Positions 18,013 through 27,899 are shown, counted from the stretch's first letter. The stretch is 34,611 nt of DNA from Candidatus Moraniibacteriota bacterium (GCA_016867255.1 VGKB01000003.1:1-34611); one strand, 5' to 3'. Made by a program: numbers and translations. The notes: generated from the letters alone by a model not told the origin.

Positions 18013-19143
18013 ATGCCGCCCCAAAAAAAGAAAGTGAAGAAAATAGAGGAGAATGACCGGTCTTATAAAAAAGAGCTGCCCGATGGTAAACTATGGCTTA
18101 ACTTGCTTCGCTGGGCGGCGGTTTTTGCAACAGTTTTTGTTATTGGTCTTATGGTTACTGTTTGGGGGATATATCAAAAAAATTGGCAAAATTATTTTAT
18201 TGAGGCGTTTGAGAAATCCATTCCCTTTCCTGCGGCAAGTATTGGATATGGAGGTTGGATTAGTATTGCCGAATTTAACAGTAAGACAAAGGCCATAAAA
18301 GTCTTTTTGGAAGGGCGGGAAGTGGTTTTCCAAAGGGGGATATTTGATTTTTCTACTCCGGAAGGGTTAAGAAGACTTGAAGTGATTAAGAAAAACGTCT
18401 TGAATCAGGCAATAGAGAATAAAATTATGGAGATTGAAGCCGAGAAAAGAGGAATCCAAGCAGATAGGAGCGAAATCAAAGATATTAGCAGGAAGATTTT
18501 AGAAAGAGACAATAAAAGAGAGGAAAATCTCAATCAATTAAAATTGATGTATAATTGGGGCGAAAATGATTTTTCAGAGCAGATTGTTAAAAAAATGGTA
18601 ATTAAGGGAAAATTGGAGGAGAAGCTAAAATCATCCGGGGAACTAAATGCCGCCGCGAGAAAGAAAGTCAATATCGTCAGGGAAAAAGTTGAACGGGGAG
18701 AAAACTTTGAAAATGTTGCTCGTGAGTACAGCGAAGCGTCAAGCCGCCAATACGGCGGGCTACTTCCGCCCTTTAGCCAAAATGAATCTCCCGAAGAATT
18801 CAAGAACACCGCCTTTTTGTTAGGGGAGGGTGAGGTAAGTGAACCGATAGAGACTGAAAATGGCTGGCAAATTATCAAGCTAGAGAGAAGCTATCCGGAA
18901 GGGGGCGTAAAGAAAGTAGAGATAAGGCATATTTTGATAAACAAAAACAGCTTTGACAGTTGGGTGGCGGAAAGAAAGAAGGCGGAAAAAGTGAAAGTAT
19001 TTTTAAAACCCTATTATTGGCATTCTCAAATGGGCAGATTATATTTTAAGGATGAGGAGTTAAACGGTTTTGAGGATCAAATCAATAGGGAATACCTGGA
19101 AGAGAGGTCGCAAGAAATTGATTTTATAATTAACACTGAGTAA
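18013..19143 (+). CDS. PrsA/SurA-like parvulin peptidyl-prolyl isomerase
   Basis: N-terminal TM, SurA-N-like helices, FENVAREYSE..YGGLL..F..GEVSEPIETENGWQIIK. Confidence 0.88.
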   Translation: MPPQKKKVKKIEENDRSYKKELPDGKLWLNLLRWAAVFATVFVIGLMVTVWGIYQKNWQNYFIEAFEKSIPFPAASIGYGGWISIAEFNSKTKAIKVFLEGREVVFQRGIFDFSTPEGLRRLEVIKKNVLNQAIENKIMEIEAEKRGIQADRSEIKDISRKILERDNKREENLNQLKLMYNWGENDFSEQIVKKMVIKGKLEEKLKSSGELNAAARKKVNIVREKVERGENFENVAREYSEASSRQYGGLLPPFSQNESPEEFKNTAFLLGEGEVSEPIETENGWQIIKLERSYPEGGVKKVEIRHILINKNSFDSWVAERKKAEKVKVFLKPYYWHSQMGRLYFKDEELNGFEDQINREYLEERSQEIDFIINTE

Positions 19144-19161
19144 GAATAGTAAACGTAAAAA

Positions 19162-19770
19162 ATGGGCAAAATCAATCAAAAAAACAAATTAGTGGAAGAA
19201 CTGAGAATTATCGGAAGCGGATTCATTGACCCTGAAACAGTGGCGGCTGACTGGAACATAAAAAAAGGGGAAGTAGTCGCCGATTTAGGTTGCGGCGGCG
19301 GATATTTCACTATCCCTACCGCCAGGATGGTTGGCGATGAAGGGAAGGTGTATGCGGTAGACGTGATGGAAGGGCCTATAGAATCAGTAAAGAGCCGTGC
19401 TTATCTGGCTGGGTTAAGTAATATTATCGCGATAAGAGCTGATTTGGAGGGGAAAGAATCTCTTTCAAAATGGGTAAAGGCGGGAGAATGCGATAAAGTG
19501 CTTTTAGCTAACGTGCTTTATACTTCAAAAAAGAAGAACGCTATAATTAGCGAAGCAAGGAGGATATTGAAGAAAAAAGGAAACTTAATTGTAGTTGAGT
19601 GGAAGAAAAAAATTGAAGAAGGCCAAGAAAAAATAAAATATTTTGGTCCTCCGGAAAAGACCAGGATTAGCGGGAAAGAGCTTAAAGACATGCTCAAAAA
19701 GTCCGGATTTAAATTTATTCGGGGTTTTGAAGCGGGTAACTTCCATTTCGGTATGGTACTGGAAAAATAA
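19162..19770 (+). CDS. Class I SAM-dependent methyltransferase
   Basis: VADLGCGGGYF, VYAVDV, RILKKKG. Confidence 0.88.
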   Translation: MGKINQKNKLVEELRIIGSGFIDPETVAADWNIKKGEVVADLGCGGGYFTIPTARMVGDEGKVYAVDVMEGPIESVKSRAYLAGLSNIIAIRADLEGKESLSKWVKAGECDKVLLANVLYTSKKKNAIISEARRILKKKGNLIVVEWKKKIEEGQEKIKYFGPPEKTRISGKELKDMLKKSGFKFIRGFEAGNFHFGMVLEK

Positions 19771-19789
19771 TCAATAACATTTATCGTCC

Positions 19790-22147
19790 GTGGGTAGAAG
19801 AAAAAAGAAAAAAGAAATTGACTCAGAGTTGAAAGAGGGAGAATTAAATATATCCAGTACGGCAGAGCGGTGGCTTATAGGGGTATTGGCTTGGGGGATA
19901 GCGTGTATTGTTGTTCTGAGTCTTTTTAACGAAGCCGGAATTGTGGGAAAATATTTAGGGAAAGGAATGGTTGAAATTTTCGGCTGGGGAAAGTATTTGA
20001 TTCCATTTATTCTTATGGTAAGCGGCTACTGGATTATCCGGCAGGAAAGATTAGCCCATCCCTATTATCGGGTAAACGGGCTCTTTTTAACTTTTATTTG
20101 TGCGCTGGCAATTTCATCTTTGGTTAGTAACGGGCTGGAAGGAAAGGTAAACTTGCCTGTCATGAAATCGGCCGGCGGTTACGTGGGGTTGGCGTTGGGG
20201 TATGCGGCAAGTTACTTGGGTTTTTGGGGCGGTTTGATAATTTTAATCACCCTATTTTTTGTAGGGATAATATTGTTGCTTGACGGATACTTCAGGAAAG
20301 TTGAATCAGCGGAAAAAGAACAGATTTCAGCAAAGACCGAATTTGCTGAATCAGAAATAATTGAAAAGGAAGGAGAAGAGGCGAAGGAATTTTTGGCTCA
20401 GGGTTTTGTTTTAGAAAAAGACAATTGGAAAAACTCTCTCCTCCACACCCTGAGAAAAGTAAAAAACAAACTTATAAAAAACAAGAGAAATGGGGCATTG
20501 CAAGATCTAGAGGCCTTTGGGGATAAAAAGAACCAAACTAATGAAGCTTCTTTTTCAGGGACGCCTTCAGAATCTGGGAAAAATAAAAAAGGGAGCCAAC
20601 ATTTGAAAGTAAAGATAATTCCGGGATTGAATGAGAATTGGAAATTTCCTTCACTTGACATTTTGGAGAAAAATACTACCAAGGCGGTTGCGGAAGACAT
20701 CAAAACCAATTCAGCCGCGATTAAAAAGACATTGTTAAATTTTGGAATACCGGCGGAAGTGGCGGAAGTGAATGTGGGTCCAACGGTTACCCAATACGCT
20801 ATTAAGCCGGCAGAAGGGATAAAATTGAGCCGAATAACTGCAATCCAGAGCAATTTGGCTATGTCCTTGGCGGCTCATCCTATAAGGATTGAAGCCCCTA
20901 TCCCCGGTCGCTCTCTGGTGGGAGTTGAAGTGCCCAATAAAGTCAAAAGGGTCGTGAATCTCTGCGAATTGATAGAAGACCCGGCTTTTAAAGAATCGCC
21001 GGAAAAACTATTAATCTCTCTCGGAGAGGACCCGGCGGGAAATTATGTTTACGCCGATCTTTCTGAAATGCCCCATTTGCTTATTGCCGGCGCTACGGGT
21101 TCGGGGAAAAGCATTGACATTAATTGTCTAATTGCCAGCTTGCTCTACCGCAACACACCCAGAGAGATGAAAATGATCATGGTAGATCCTAAAAGAGTGG
21201 AGCTTTCAATTTTTAATAATATTCCGCATTTGCTAACCCCGGTTATTGTGGATCACCACAAAGTTGCCAATGCTCTCAAATGGGCAGTGTCAGAGATGGA
21301 GAGGAGATACATAGTTATTCAGGAAACAATGTCGCGCAATATTGTATCATATAACCAGAAAGTGGTGGACGGGGAAATTGAGCCGGAGGTGGTTAAAGAA
21401 ACCGGCGAAATAATTGAACCGGAATTTATGCCCTACATTGTAATAATAATTGACGAGTTGGCTGATTTAATGTCTTCTCCCTATGCCAAAGAGGTGGAAG
21501 CCCTTATTGTGCGGCTGGCGCAGATGTCACGGGCAGTGGGAATTCACTTGGTGCTTTCTACCCAGCGCCCTTCGGTAAATGTCATCACCGGCATAATCAA
21601 GGCAAATTTTCCCACGCGGATTGCGTTTCAGGTGGTCTCTCAAGTGGATTCCCGCACTATTCTGGATATGTCTGGCGCGGAGAAATTGTTGGGAAGAGGC
21701 GACATGCTCTATTTGCCGAAAGAGTCTAATCAACCCAGGCGCATTCAAGGGACTTATATTTCCGAGAAGGAAGTGCAAAAGATCGTGGACCATTTAATTG
21801 AACAGGAGGTAGCGAGCTACAATCCTACTGTGATTCAGTCCGTTGGACCGGAAATTGAAGGGAAGATGAGTAATCAGGGGGAGGAAGATGAATTATATAA
21901 TCAAGCGCGGGAAATTGTTTTGAGAGACAATAGGGCTTCAACTTCGTTGCTGCAAAGACATTTACGGATTGGTTACTCCCGGGCGGCAAGAATAATGGAT
22001 TTATTAGAAGAAAATGGGGTTATCGGCCCGGCGGAAGGATCGCGCCCGAGGCAAGTGATAAAAGGCAGTGGAAATGAGGAAAGCAAAGAAATTAATTATG
22101 AAAATCCGGCGCAAGATCAAGAGAAAAGAGATAACTGGACGCAATAA
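19790..22147 (+). CDS. ftsK: DNA translocase FtsK/SpoIIIE
   Basis: 4-TM N-terminus; PHLLIAGATGSGKS; IIIDELADLM; gamma domain ASTSLLQRHLRIGYSRAARIMD. Confidence 0.97.
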   Translation: MGRRKKKKEIDSELKEGELNISSTAERWLIGVLAWGIACIVVLSLFNEAGIVGKYLGKGMVEIFGWGKYLIPFILMVSGYWIIRQERLAHPYYRVNGLFLTFICALAISSLVSNGLEGKVNLPVMKSAGGYVGLALGYAASYLGFWGGLIILITLFFVGIILLLDGYFRKVESAEKEQISAKTEFAESEIIEKEGEEAKEFLAQGFVLEKDNWKNSLLHTLRKVKNKLIKNKRNGALQDLEAFGDKKNQTNEASFSGTPSESGKNKKGSQHLKVKIIPGLNENWKFPSLDILEKNTTKAVAEDIKTNSAAIKKTLLNFGIPAEVAEVNVGPTVTQYAIKPAEGIKLSRITAIQSNLAMSLAAHPIRIEAPIPGRSLVGVEVPNKVKRVVNLCELIEDPAFKESPEKLLISLGEDPAGNYVYADLSEMPHLLIAGATGSGKSIDINCLIASLLYRNTPREMKMIMVDPKRVELSIFNNIPHLLTPVIVDHHKVANALKWAVSEMERRYIVIQETMSRNIVSYNQKVVDGEIEPEVVKETGEIIEPEFMPYIVIIIDELADLMSSPYAKEVEALIVRLAQMSRAVGIHLVLSTQRPSVNVITGIIKANFPTRIAFQVVSQVDSRTILDMSGAEKLLGRGDMLYLPKESNQPRRIQGTYISEKEVQKIVDHLIEQEVASYNPTVIQSVGPEIEGKMSNQGEEDELYNQAREIVLRDNRASTSLLQRHLRIGYSRAARIMDLLEENGVIGPAEGSRPRQVIKGSGNEESKEINYENPAQDQEKRDNWTQ

Positions 22148-22171
22148 AATAGAAAAAAGTTACACATTGTG

Positions 22172-22312
22172 ATGGTTATAAAACTCCCCATTTTAATTTT
22201 TTTGTGGGACGCCCGCCTGCGCCGAGGCTTCGGCGGGCAGGTCGCCTGAGAGGCATTAACTGCAATGCGAGCTAGATACAAAAAAATTAAAAAAGTTGAG
22301 TTTTATAACCAT
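22172..22312. repeat. Nested inverted-repeat element (candidate structured ncRNA or MITE)
   Basis: 15-bp perfect IR 22172-22186/22298-22312 and 13-bp perfect IR 22193-22205/22278-22290 enclosing GC-rich hairpins. Confidence 0.7.
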
Positions 22313-22367
22313 TTTTCTCTATACCTGAGCTAAATTTCATAAAAATTTTATCTGGATTTAATAATCG

Positions 22368-23930
22368 TTGTGGTATGGTGGGTGCATGAAACATACCAGT
22401 CGAGTTAAATCATGCGCCGTGGTCGGTTTAGACACCGTTATTGTGGATGTAGAAACTGACTTTTTCCCAGGAATCCACAAATTTAATATTGTGGGATTGC
22501 CGGATGCCGCCATTAAAGAGTCCCAACAAAGGGTTGGATCTGCCCTGAAAAATAGCGGCGCCGTTCCTCCGTATCGGCTGGGGGTGGTAATTGTTAATTT
22601 GGCTCCGGCCGATTTACGCAAGGTGGGAGCGGTTTACGATCTTCCGATAGCAATTGGGATATTGTCGGCCAGCAGCCAAATCCGTTCCAACTCTTCCTAT
22701 TTAAAGGACAGTCTTTTTGTGGGCGAACTGGCCTTAAATGGAGATCTAAGAGGAGTAAAAGGGGTGTTGCCGATTGCCTTGTCTGCAAAAAATGCCGGCT
22801 ATAAAAACTTATTTATCCCTGAAGCCAATGCCAGCGAAACATCGGTCGTTAAAGGACTGAGAGTGTATCCCGTGAAAAATCTAGAGCAGTTGATGCTATT
22901 CTTTGAAGAGGAAAAAAACATTACTCCCTTTAAAGTCTTCCGGGAAATTAGCATTAAGCCAAAATATCTTTTTGATATGAGAGAGATTTGCGGCCAGGAA
23001 CACGTTAAACGGGCTATGGAAATTGTGGCAGCTGGGGGACATAATGTTTGTCTTATTGGACCGCCGGGCTCGGGCAAGACCTTAATTGCGAGAACTTTTC
23101 CTAGCATCCTTCCTGAAATGGGGTTGGAAGAATGTCTGGAGACTACCAAAATATTCAGCGTCGCGGGTAAATTAGATGACAGTAATCCGCTGGTAAGAGA
23201 ACGGCCTTTCCGGGCGCCTCATCACACCTCTTCTAATATTGCTTTGATTGGGGGCGGGACTAACCCTCATCCCGGCGAAATAAGTCTTTCTCATCGGGGC
23301 GTGCTATTCTTGGATGAATTTTTGGAGTTTCCGGCCAAGACTTTGGATTGTTTGAGACAACCTTTGGAGGACGGAATTATTACCATTTCCCGGGCGGCGG
23401 GCTCAGTTACCTTTCCAGCCCGTTTTATTCTTATTGCCGCTATGAATCCTTGTCCTTGCGGCTACGCTACTGACACGGAAAAGGAGTGTACTTGCAACGC
23501 TAACGCCATTAGCCGGTATCAAAGGAAATTGTCCGGTCCGATTTGTGACCGAATTGATATTTTTGTGGACGTTCCCCGAGTCAAGTATGACAAGCTAACC
23601 GGAGAAGGAGGGAGAGAATCGTCCGAAGAAATTCGTGAAAGGGTGCAAAAAGCCAGAGACATTCAAAGTTTGCGCTTTAAGGAAAACGCGATATTTTCTA
23701 ATGCGGAGATGAACAATCAGTACATAAAAAAATATTGCCAATACGGTCAGGAGACAAAGGATATCCTTATTGAAGCTATCAGGAAATTTCATCTTTCCGC
23801 CCGGAGCTACTTTCGGACGCTTAAAATCGCCCGTACCATCGCAGATCTTGAGAATTCTGGCCAAATTGAAACGCGGCATGTGGCGGAAGCGCTCCAGTAC
23901 CGTTTTCAGGGCGAATCATTAATTTCTTAA
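22368..23930 (+). CDS. comM: ComM/YifB Mg-chelatase-like AAA+ ATPase (ATG at 22386 is the likelier start)
   Basis: VGLPDAAIKES, NLAPADLRK, GPPGSGKT, RPFRAPHH, LFLDEF, MNPCPCG, ARTIADL. Confidence 0.95.
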   Translation: MWYGGCMKHTSRVKSCAVVGLDTVIVDVETDFFPGIHKFNIVGLPDAAIKESQQRVGSALKNSGAVPPYRLGVVIVNLAPADLRKVGAVYDLPIAIGILSASSQIRSNSSYLKDSLFVGELALNGDLRGVKGVLPIALSAKNAGYKNLFIPEANASETSVVKGLRVYPVKNLEQLMLFFEEEKNITPFKVFREISIKPKYLFDMREICGQEHVKRAMEIVAAGGHNVCLIGPPGSGKTLIARTFPSILPEMGLEECLETTKIFSVAGKLDDSNPLVRERPFRAPHHTSSNIALIGGGTNPHPGEISLSHRGVLFLDEFLEFPAKTLDCLRQPLEDGIITISRAAGSVTFPARFILIAAMNPCPCGYATDTEKECTCNANAISRYQRKLSGPICDRIDIFVDVPRVKYDKLTGEGGRESSEEIRERVQKARDIQSLRFKENAIFSNAEMNNQYIKKYCQYGQETKDILIEAIRKFHLSARSYFRTLKIARTIADLENSGQIETRHVAEALQYRFQGESLIS

Positions 23931-23939
23931 ACGTAGATT

Positions 23940-24371
23940 ATGGATGACTCTCGCAAACTGCGCGGTTCCTTTGCCGAGGGAATAGCGATAAACTTTTTAA
24001 AAAAGAAGCGATTTAAGATTATCACTGCTAATTATCAGTACCGAGGCGGGGAGATAGACATAATTGCGTTTGACCCCCGAAAAAAAGAATTGGTATTTGT
24101 GGAAGTGCGTAGTAAATGGTGCGATAGTTTGGCAAAGGATTGGCAGACTATGCCAATTATACCGGAGGATAGTGTGAATAAGACGAAATTCCACAAGATT
24201 GAAAAGACTGTCTGGTTTTTTCTGGAGAAGGAAACCGTGTCTTGGCAAAGATACGCCGGGAATTTACCCCGGTATTCCTTTCCGGAATGGCGAATTGACC
24301 TAATCAGCGTGACTATTGAAAAATATACCAAAACAGCCCAGATAAGGCACTATGAATATTTATTTTTTTGA
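23940..24371 (+). CDS. yraN: YraN-family PD-(D/E)xK nuclease
   Basis: G..AE..A..FL..K.F.II..NY...GGEIDIIA..LVFVEVR, WRIDLISV; adjacent to comM. Confidence 0.9.
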   Translation: MDDSRKLRGSFAEGIAINFLKKKRFKIITANYQYRGGEIDIIAFDPRKKELVFVEVRSKWCDSLAKDWQTMPIIPEDSVNKTKFHKIEKTVWFFLEKETVSWQRYAGNLPRYSFPEWRIDLISVTIEKYTKTAQIRHYEYLFF

Positions 24372-25811
24372 TTTCCGCTGAGTGATCTTTATTTTGTAAT
24401 CCCAGTTGTCTCTTTTTTCTTTTCCTTCTATGAAAATATGATTGGGGTAGTTCTGCACCGCTTTTTGAAATTGGCTTTCAGAGGGATAAGGAAGCACCCC
24501 GTAACGCAAAATTAATTTTCTGGTTAAGGGATTGTGATTGCCGACGTAGCAAAGCAAAGGGACATTCAAACGGAAATTGGAGAGTTTGGTAATAAAAGAT
24601 GCCGGGACGCGCGACAGAATAATTGCTTTGGGATGCATTTCCTCCGTTAAGTTACCGATTGTATGAATATTCATTTCCTCGCTGTTTCCGGGTGTTTTGG
24701 AGCGGATTTTCAGTAATTCCGGGATTTTATTCTGGTCGTCAAAATGGGATTTTTCAGTAGTCTTTATGATTTTACTCATTGTCGCGACGGAACGGACGGG
24801 ATATTTGCCGTTAGCCGTTTCACCCGATAGCATAAGAGAATCCGCTCGATCAATTACCGCGTTGGCAACATCGGTAAGCTCCGCTCTGGTGGGTCGGGGT
24901 AAAATTGTCATTGATTCCAGCATATTGGTGGCGACTATTACCGGAATATTGTTTTTAATACAATGCCTGATTAGTAATTTTTGGTATAGAGGGACTTTCT
25001 CCTGCGGGGCTTCAATGCCCATGTCTCCTCTGGCCACCATAGCGGCATCCGCTACGGCTAGAATTTCTTTGATGTTATGAAGAGCGGCGAGGGTTTCAAT
25101 TTTTGCCACCACTTCGGGCAACCCCTTTCTTCTCCCTAAAATTTTAACCATTCTTTTCCGCAAATTAATGATGTCATTGGCGTCTTTGACAAAGGAAAGC
25201 GCAACAAAGTCAACTCCTTGCTTTAGGGCAAAGTGTAAATCAGCGGAATCTTTAGAAGTGAAGGAAGGAATATATCGGGCTAACGTAGGGAAGTTTATTC
25301 CTTTTCTAGTTTTAATCAGGCCGTCGTTTTTCACTTCCATCTCCCAACCCTGTTTTTTTCGGTTTTTTTCTGCTGTAAGTTCTACCGTGCCGTTATCTAA
25401 ATAGACTTTGTCTCCCGTTTTTAATTTTCCCAACAAAGAAGTGTCAGAGTCAATCAGGATTTGTTTTTCTAGATATCCGGGCAGTCTTTTGGAAGAGCGA
25501 TTTTCTTTAAGGAGGATCCTGTCGCCGCGATTGAATTGCAGCTTAGAAATTTTGATTTTCTTGTCTTGGAGTTCGGCGATTCTAATGCGCGGTCCCTGAA
25601 TATCGGCCATTATACCAAGACATTTTTGGGCCTGATAAGCGGCGTGGCGTAAGTTTATTATGGCTTGAAAGTGCCAATCGTGGGATCCGTGAGAAAAATT
25701 CAATCGCGCCACGTCCATGCCGGCTTTAATCATTGCTTTTAAGGTTTCCCGTTTTTCGCAGGCGGGGCCGATAGTGCAAACTATTTTTGTTAAATCGTCT
25801 TTTCTTTTCAT
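24360..25811 (-). CDS. pyk: Pyruvate kinase
   Basis: TKIVCTIGPA, ARLNFSHG, AKIET, MVARGDMGIE, PTRAELTDVANA, MLSGETA.GKYP. Confidence 0.96.
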   Translation of the reverse strand: MKRKDDLTKIVCTIGPACEKRETLKAMIKAGMDVARLNFSHGSHDWHFQAIINLRHAAYQAQKCLGIMADIQGPRIRIAELQDKKIKISKLQFNRGDRILLKENRSSKRLPGYLEKQILIDSDTSLLGKLKTGDKVYLDNGTVELTAEKNRKKQGWEMEVKNDGLIKTRKGINFPTLARYIPSFTSKDSADLHFALKQGVDFVALSFVKDANDIINLRKRMVKILGRRKGLPEVVAKIETLAALHNIKEILAVADAAMVARGDMGIEAPQEKVPLYQKLLIRHCIKNNIPVIVATNMLESMTILPRPTRAELTDVANAVIDRADSLMLSGETANGKYPVRSVATMSKIIKTTEKSHFDDQNKIPELLKIRSKTPGNSEEMNIHTIGNLTEEMHPKAIILSRVPASFITKLSNFRLNVPLLCYVGNHNPLTRKLILRYGVLPYPSESQFQKAVQNYPNHIFIEGKEKRDNWDYKIKITQRKSKK

Positions 25812-25914
25812 GGCAATATCAATAACAATAGTAAATATTAAAATTACATATCAAAATTTAAAACTGTCTAAATCTTAAAATTTTAATTTGTCGTTTTGAT
25901 ATTTGATTTTTGAT

Positions 25915-26505
25915 TTATTCTATACAACAGTTTACCGCTTTTTTGACTAATTCGCCTAATTTTCCGAGCAGCCCTTGGGGTTTTTTTGCGCCGGGAATTT
26001 TTTGGTTTATTCCCAGTTTTTTTAATTTATCCATAACGGCTTTGTCAACTAATTTAGACTCGCCGGGCTTAATGACATCCATGTTGATTCCCCAAAACAG
26101 CAAGTAAAGCTCGTAACTTAGCTTAAACATCTCCTTGGCGGTATCCTCGCTGCCTTCCTTGAGGTGTTTAGTGCCGACTTCCATGAGGCGCATGCTGCCG
26201 GAAAGCAGGTGCTTACTAGTGCACCATACTTCCCCTTCGTATTCTTTAACAATCCTTTTAAGCAGGTTTTTGCGCATTTCCCGAACTGTTTTAAGCAGTG
26301 CAAAGTAGCCGTCTTTTTCAGTCTTTTCGGCGGTGAAAAAGAGATGTTCTTCAATGGCGATTAAGTTCATGATAGCCAAACTTAAGTCTTCGTCGGTTGA
26401 GAGATCAAGCTTATTGTCCCGCTTCAAATCGTTAATTTTTTTGACAAACTCGGCAATTCTCTCTTCAGTGAGCAGATTTTCAAGTATGTCGTTATGGCTG
26501 GGCAT
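25915..26505 (-). CDS. Hypothetical helical protein, possibly metal-binding
   Basis: 196-aa ORF overlapping the upstream transporter stop; IEEH, WCTSKH and terminal NCCIE motifs. Confidence 0.75.
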   Translation of the reverse strand: MPSHNDILENLLTEERIAEFVKKINDLKRDNKLDLSTDEDLSLAIMNLIAIEEHLFFTAEKTEKDGYFALLKTVREMRKNLLKRIVKEYEGEVWCTSKHLLSGSMRLMEVGTKHLKEGSEDTAKEMFKLSYELYLLFWGINMDVIKPGESKLVDKAVMDKLKKLGINQKIPGAKKPQGLLGKLGELVKKAVNCCIE

Positions 26506-27559
26506 TCTGGTTGTTGCTTAAATATTTTTTTTCAAATATTTCCAGAAGAGCGAAAAATATTGTTACTAAAAGCGGACCGATTACAAAGCCCATAATGCCA
26601 AATTCCAATATTCCGCCAAACGTTCCAATTAAAATCCACAAAGGATGAAGCGCCGTGTCGCTGCCGATTAACTTGGGGCGCAAGAAATTATCCACCGATC
26701 CGATAATGAAACTGCCAAAGAAGAGTAGCACCAACCCTTTTATCCAGAAACCGGAGACGATGAGCCAAATGGCCACGGGCAGCCAGATTATTACTGGCCC
26801 GATAAGGGGAAGAACGGAGAAAATCCCCATTATTACTCCCCAAAGAAAGGGGGCGCCAATGCCTAATGCCCAAAAGGATAAACCGCCCAACAACCCTTGC
26901 ACAATGCCAATAATAATTGTTCCTTTTATGGTCGCGCGGTTCATTGACAAAAAACGGTTTAAAATAATTTTTTCGTCTTTACTGGAAAGAGGCGAGATTT
27001 GGAAGAGAGAGCGAATAAATCTATTTCCATCCAAGAAAAGGTAATACAAAGCGAAAAGCATAACGAACGCCAAAAATATGAATTCGCTGATCTTTTGGTA
27101 AGCTCCGGTTAAAAAATTCGCCGCCAGACTCGTCGCCTTTTTTAGCCCTTCCGAAAAATCAATCTGATTGAGTGAATTTTCTACTTTACTTTGGTCTATG
27201 CCGAAGCTTTGAAAATAAGACGACAAGGAATTTTGAAGACTTTTTTGAATTTCAAAAAAAGGGACTGGCTCTTTAACCATACTTTTATAAAGCTCGGAAG
27301 CTTCTTTTGCGGCAATGCCCCCAATTATAAAGAAAGGCAAAACTATAATAATGGCCACCAAAAAACAAGTAATTAGCGCAGAAGTCTTGGGATGGCGGGT
27401 GATTTTTCCAAGATAATCAAAGACCGGGTTGAAAAGCTGCCAAAAAATAAAGGCCATAAGAAGAGTGGCCATGAAGGGCAAAAACATCTTAAAAACCGCT
27501 ATTCCGATCAAGATAATTAACGCAATTAGGAAATAACGGCTAATGTTTTGACGAAACAT
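26492..27559 (-). CDS. AI-2E (PerM/UPF0118) family transporter
   Basis: Multi-TM; VDNFLRPKLIG..LHPLWILIGTFGG..FGIMGFVIGP. Confidence 0.92.
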   Translation of the reverse strand: MFRQNISRYFLIALIILIGIAVFKMFLPFMATLLMAFIFWQLFNPVFDYLGKITRHPKTSALITCFLVAIIIVLPFFIIGGIAAKEASELYKSMVKEPVPFFEIQKSLQNSLSSYFQSFGIDQSKVENSLNQIDFSEGLKKATSLAANFLTGAYQKISEFIFLAFVMLFALYYLFLDGNRFIRSLFQISPLSSKDEKIILNRFLSMNRATIKGTIIIGIVQGLLGGLSFWALGIGAPFLWGVIMGIFSVLPLIGPVIIWLPVAIWLIVSGFWIKGLVLLFFGSFIIGSVDNFLRPKLIGSDTALHPLWILIGTFGGILEFGIMGFVIGPLLVTIFFALLEIFEKKYLSNNQNAQP

Positions 27560-27616
27560 AAAATTTAGTTACTTTTAATATTGATAAACTAACAGATTTT
27601 TTAATTTTAGAAAAAT

Positions 27617-27838
27617 ATGAAAGAGATTTTGTCGCTTGTCCAAATTATTTCATCCGTACTTCTTATTGTGGTAATTTTACTGCAAAATCGGGAAGGCGGC
27701 GTATCCGGTATTTTAGGGGGAGAGGGAGTAGGCGGATCGTTTTATACCAAAAGGGGTATTGAAAAAAGTTTGCTGTACGCGACAATAATTTTAGCCGTTA
27801 TATTTGTCGGCAGTGCCATACTGAGCTTTCTCAGCTAG
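27617..27838 (+). CDS. secG: Preprotein translocase subunit SecG
   Basis: Two TMs; ILLQNREGGVSGILGG..KRGIEK. Confidence 0.93.
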   Translation: MKEILSLVQIISSVLLIVVILLQNREGGVSGILGGEGVGGSFYTKRGIEKSLLYATIILAVIFVGSAILSFLS

Positions 27839-27899
27839 TTTTTTATCTGCGCTGCAATAATAAGGTTGCTGCAACAAGGCCGTGAGTCCGAGGAACGCT

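Noticed and set aside
22172-22312. Identification as 6S RNA, SRP RNA or TPP riboswitch
   Set aside because: It has no large central 6S bubble and no SRP domain IV motif; CTGAGA is present but the rest of the TPP consensus is not.
27840-27899. GC-richer stretch between convergent secG and holB as a possible ncRNA or repeat fragment
   Set aside because: It is too short, has no convincing stem and has no second copy in the window.
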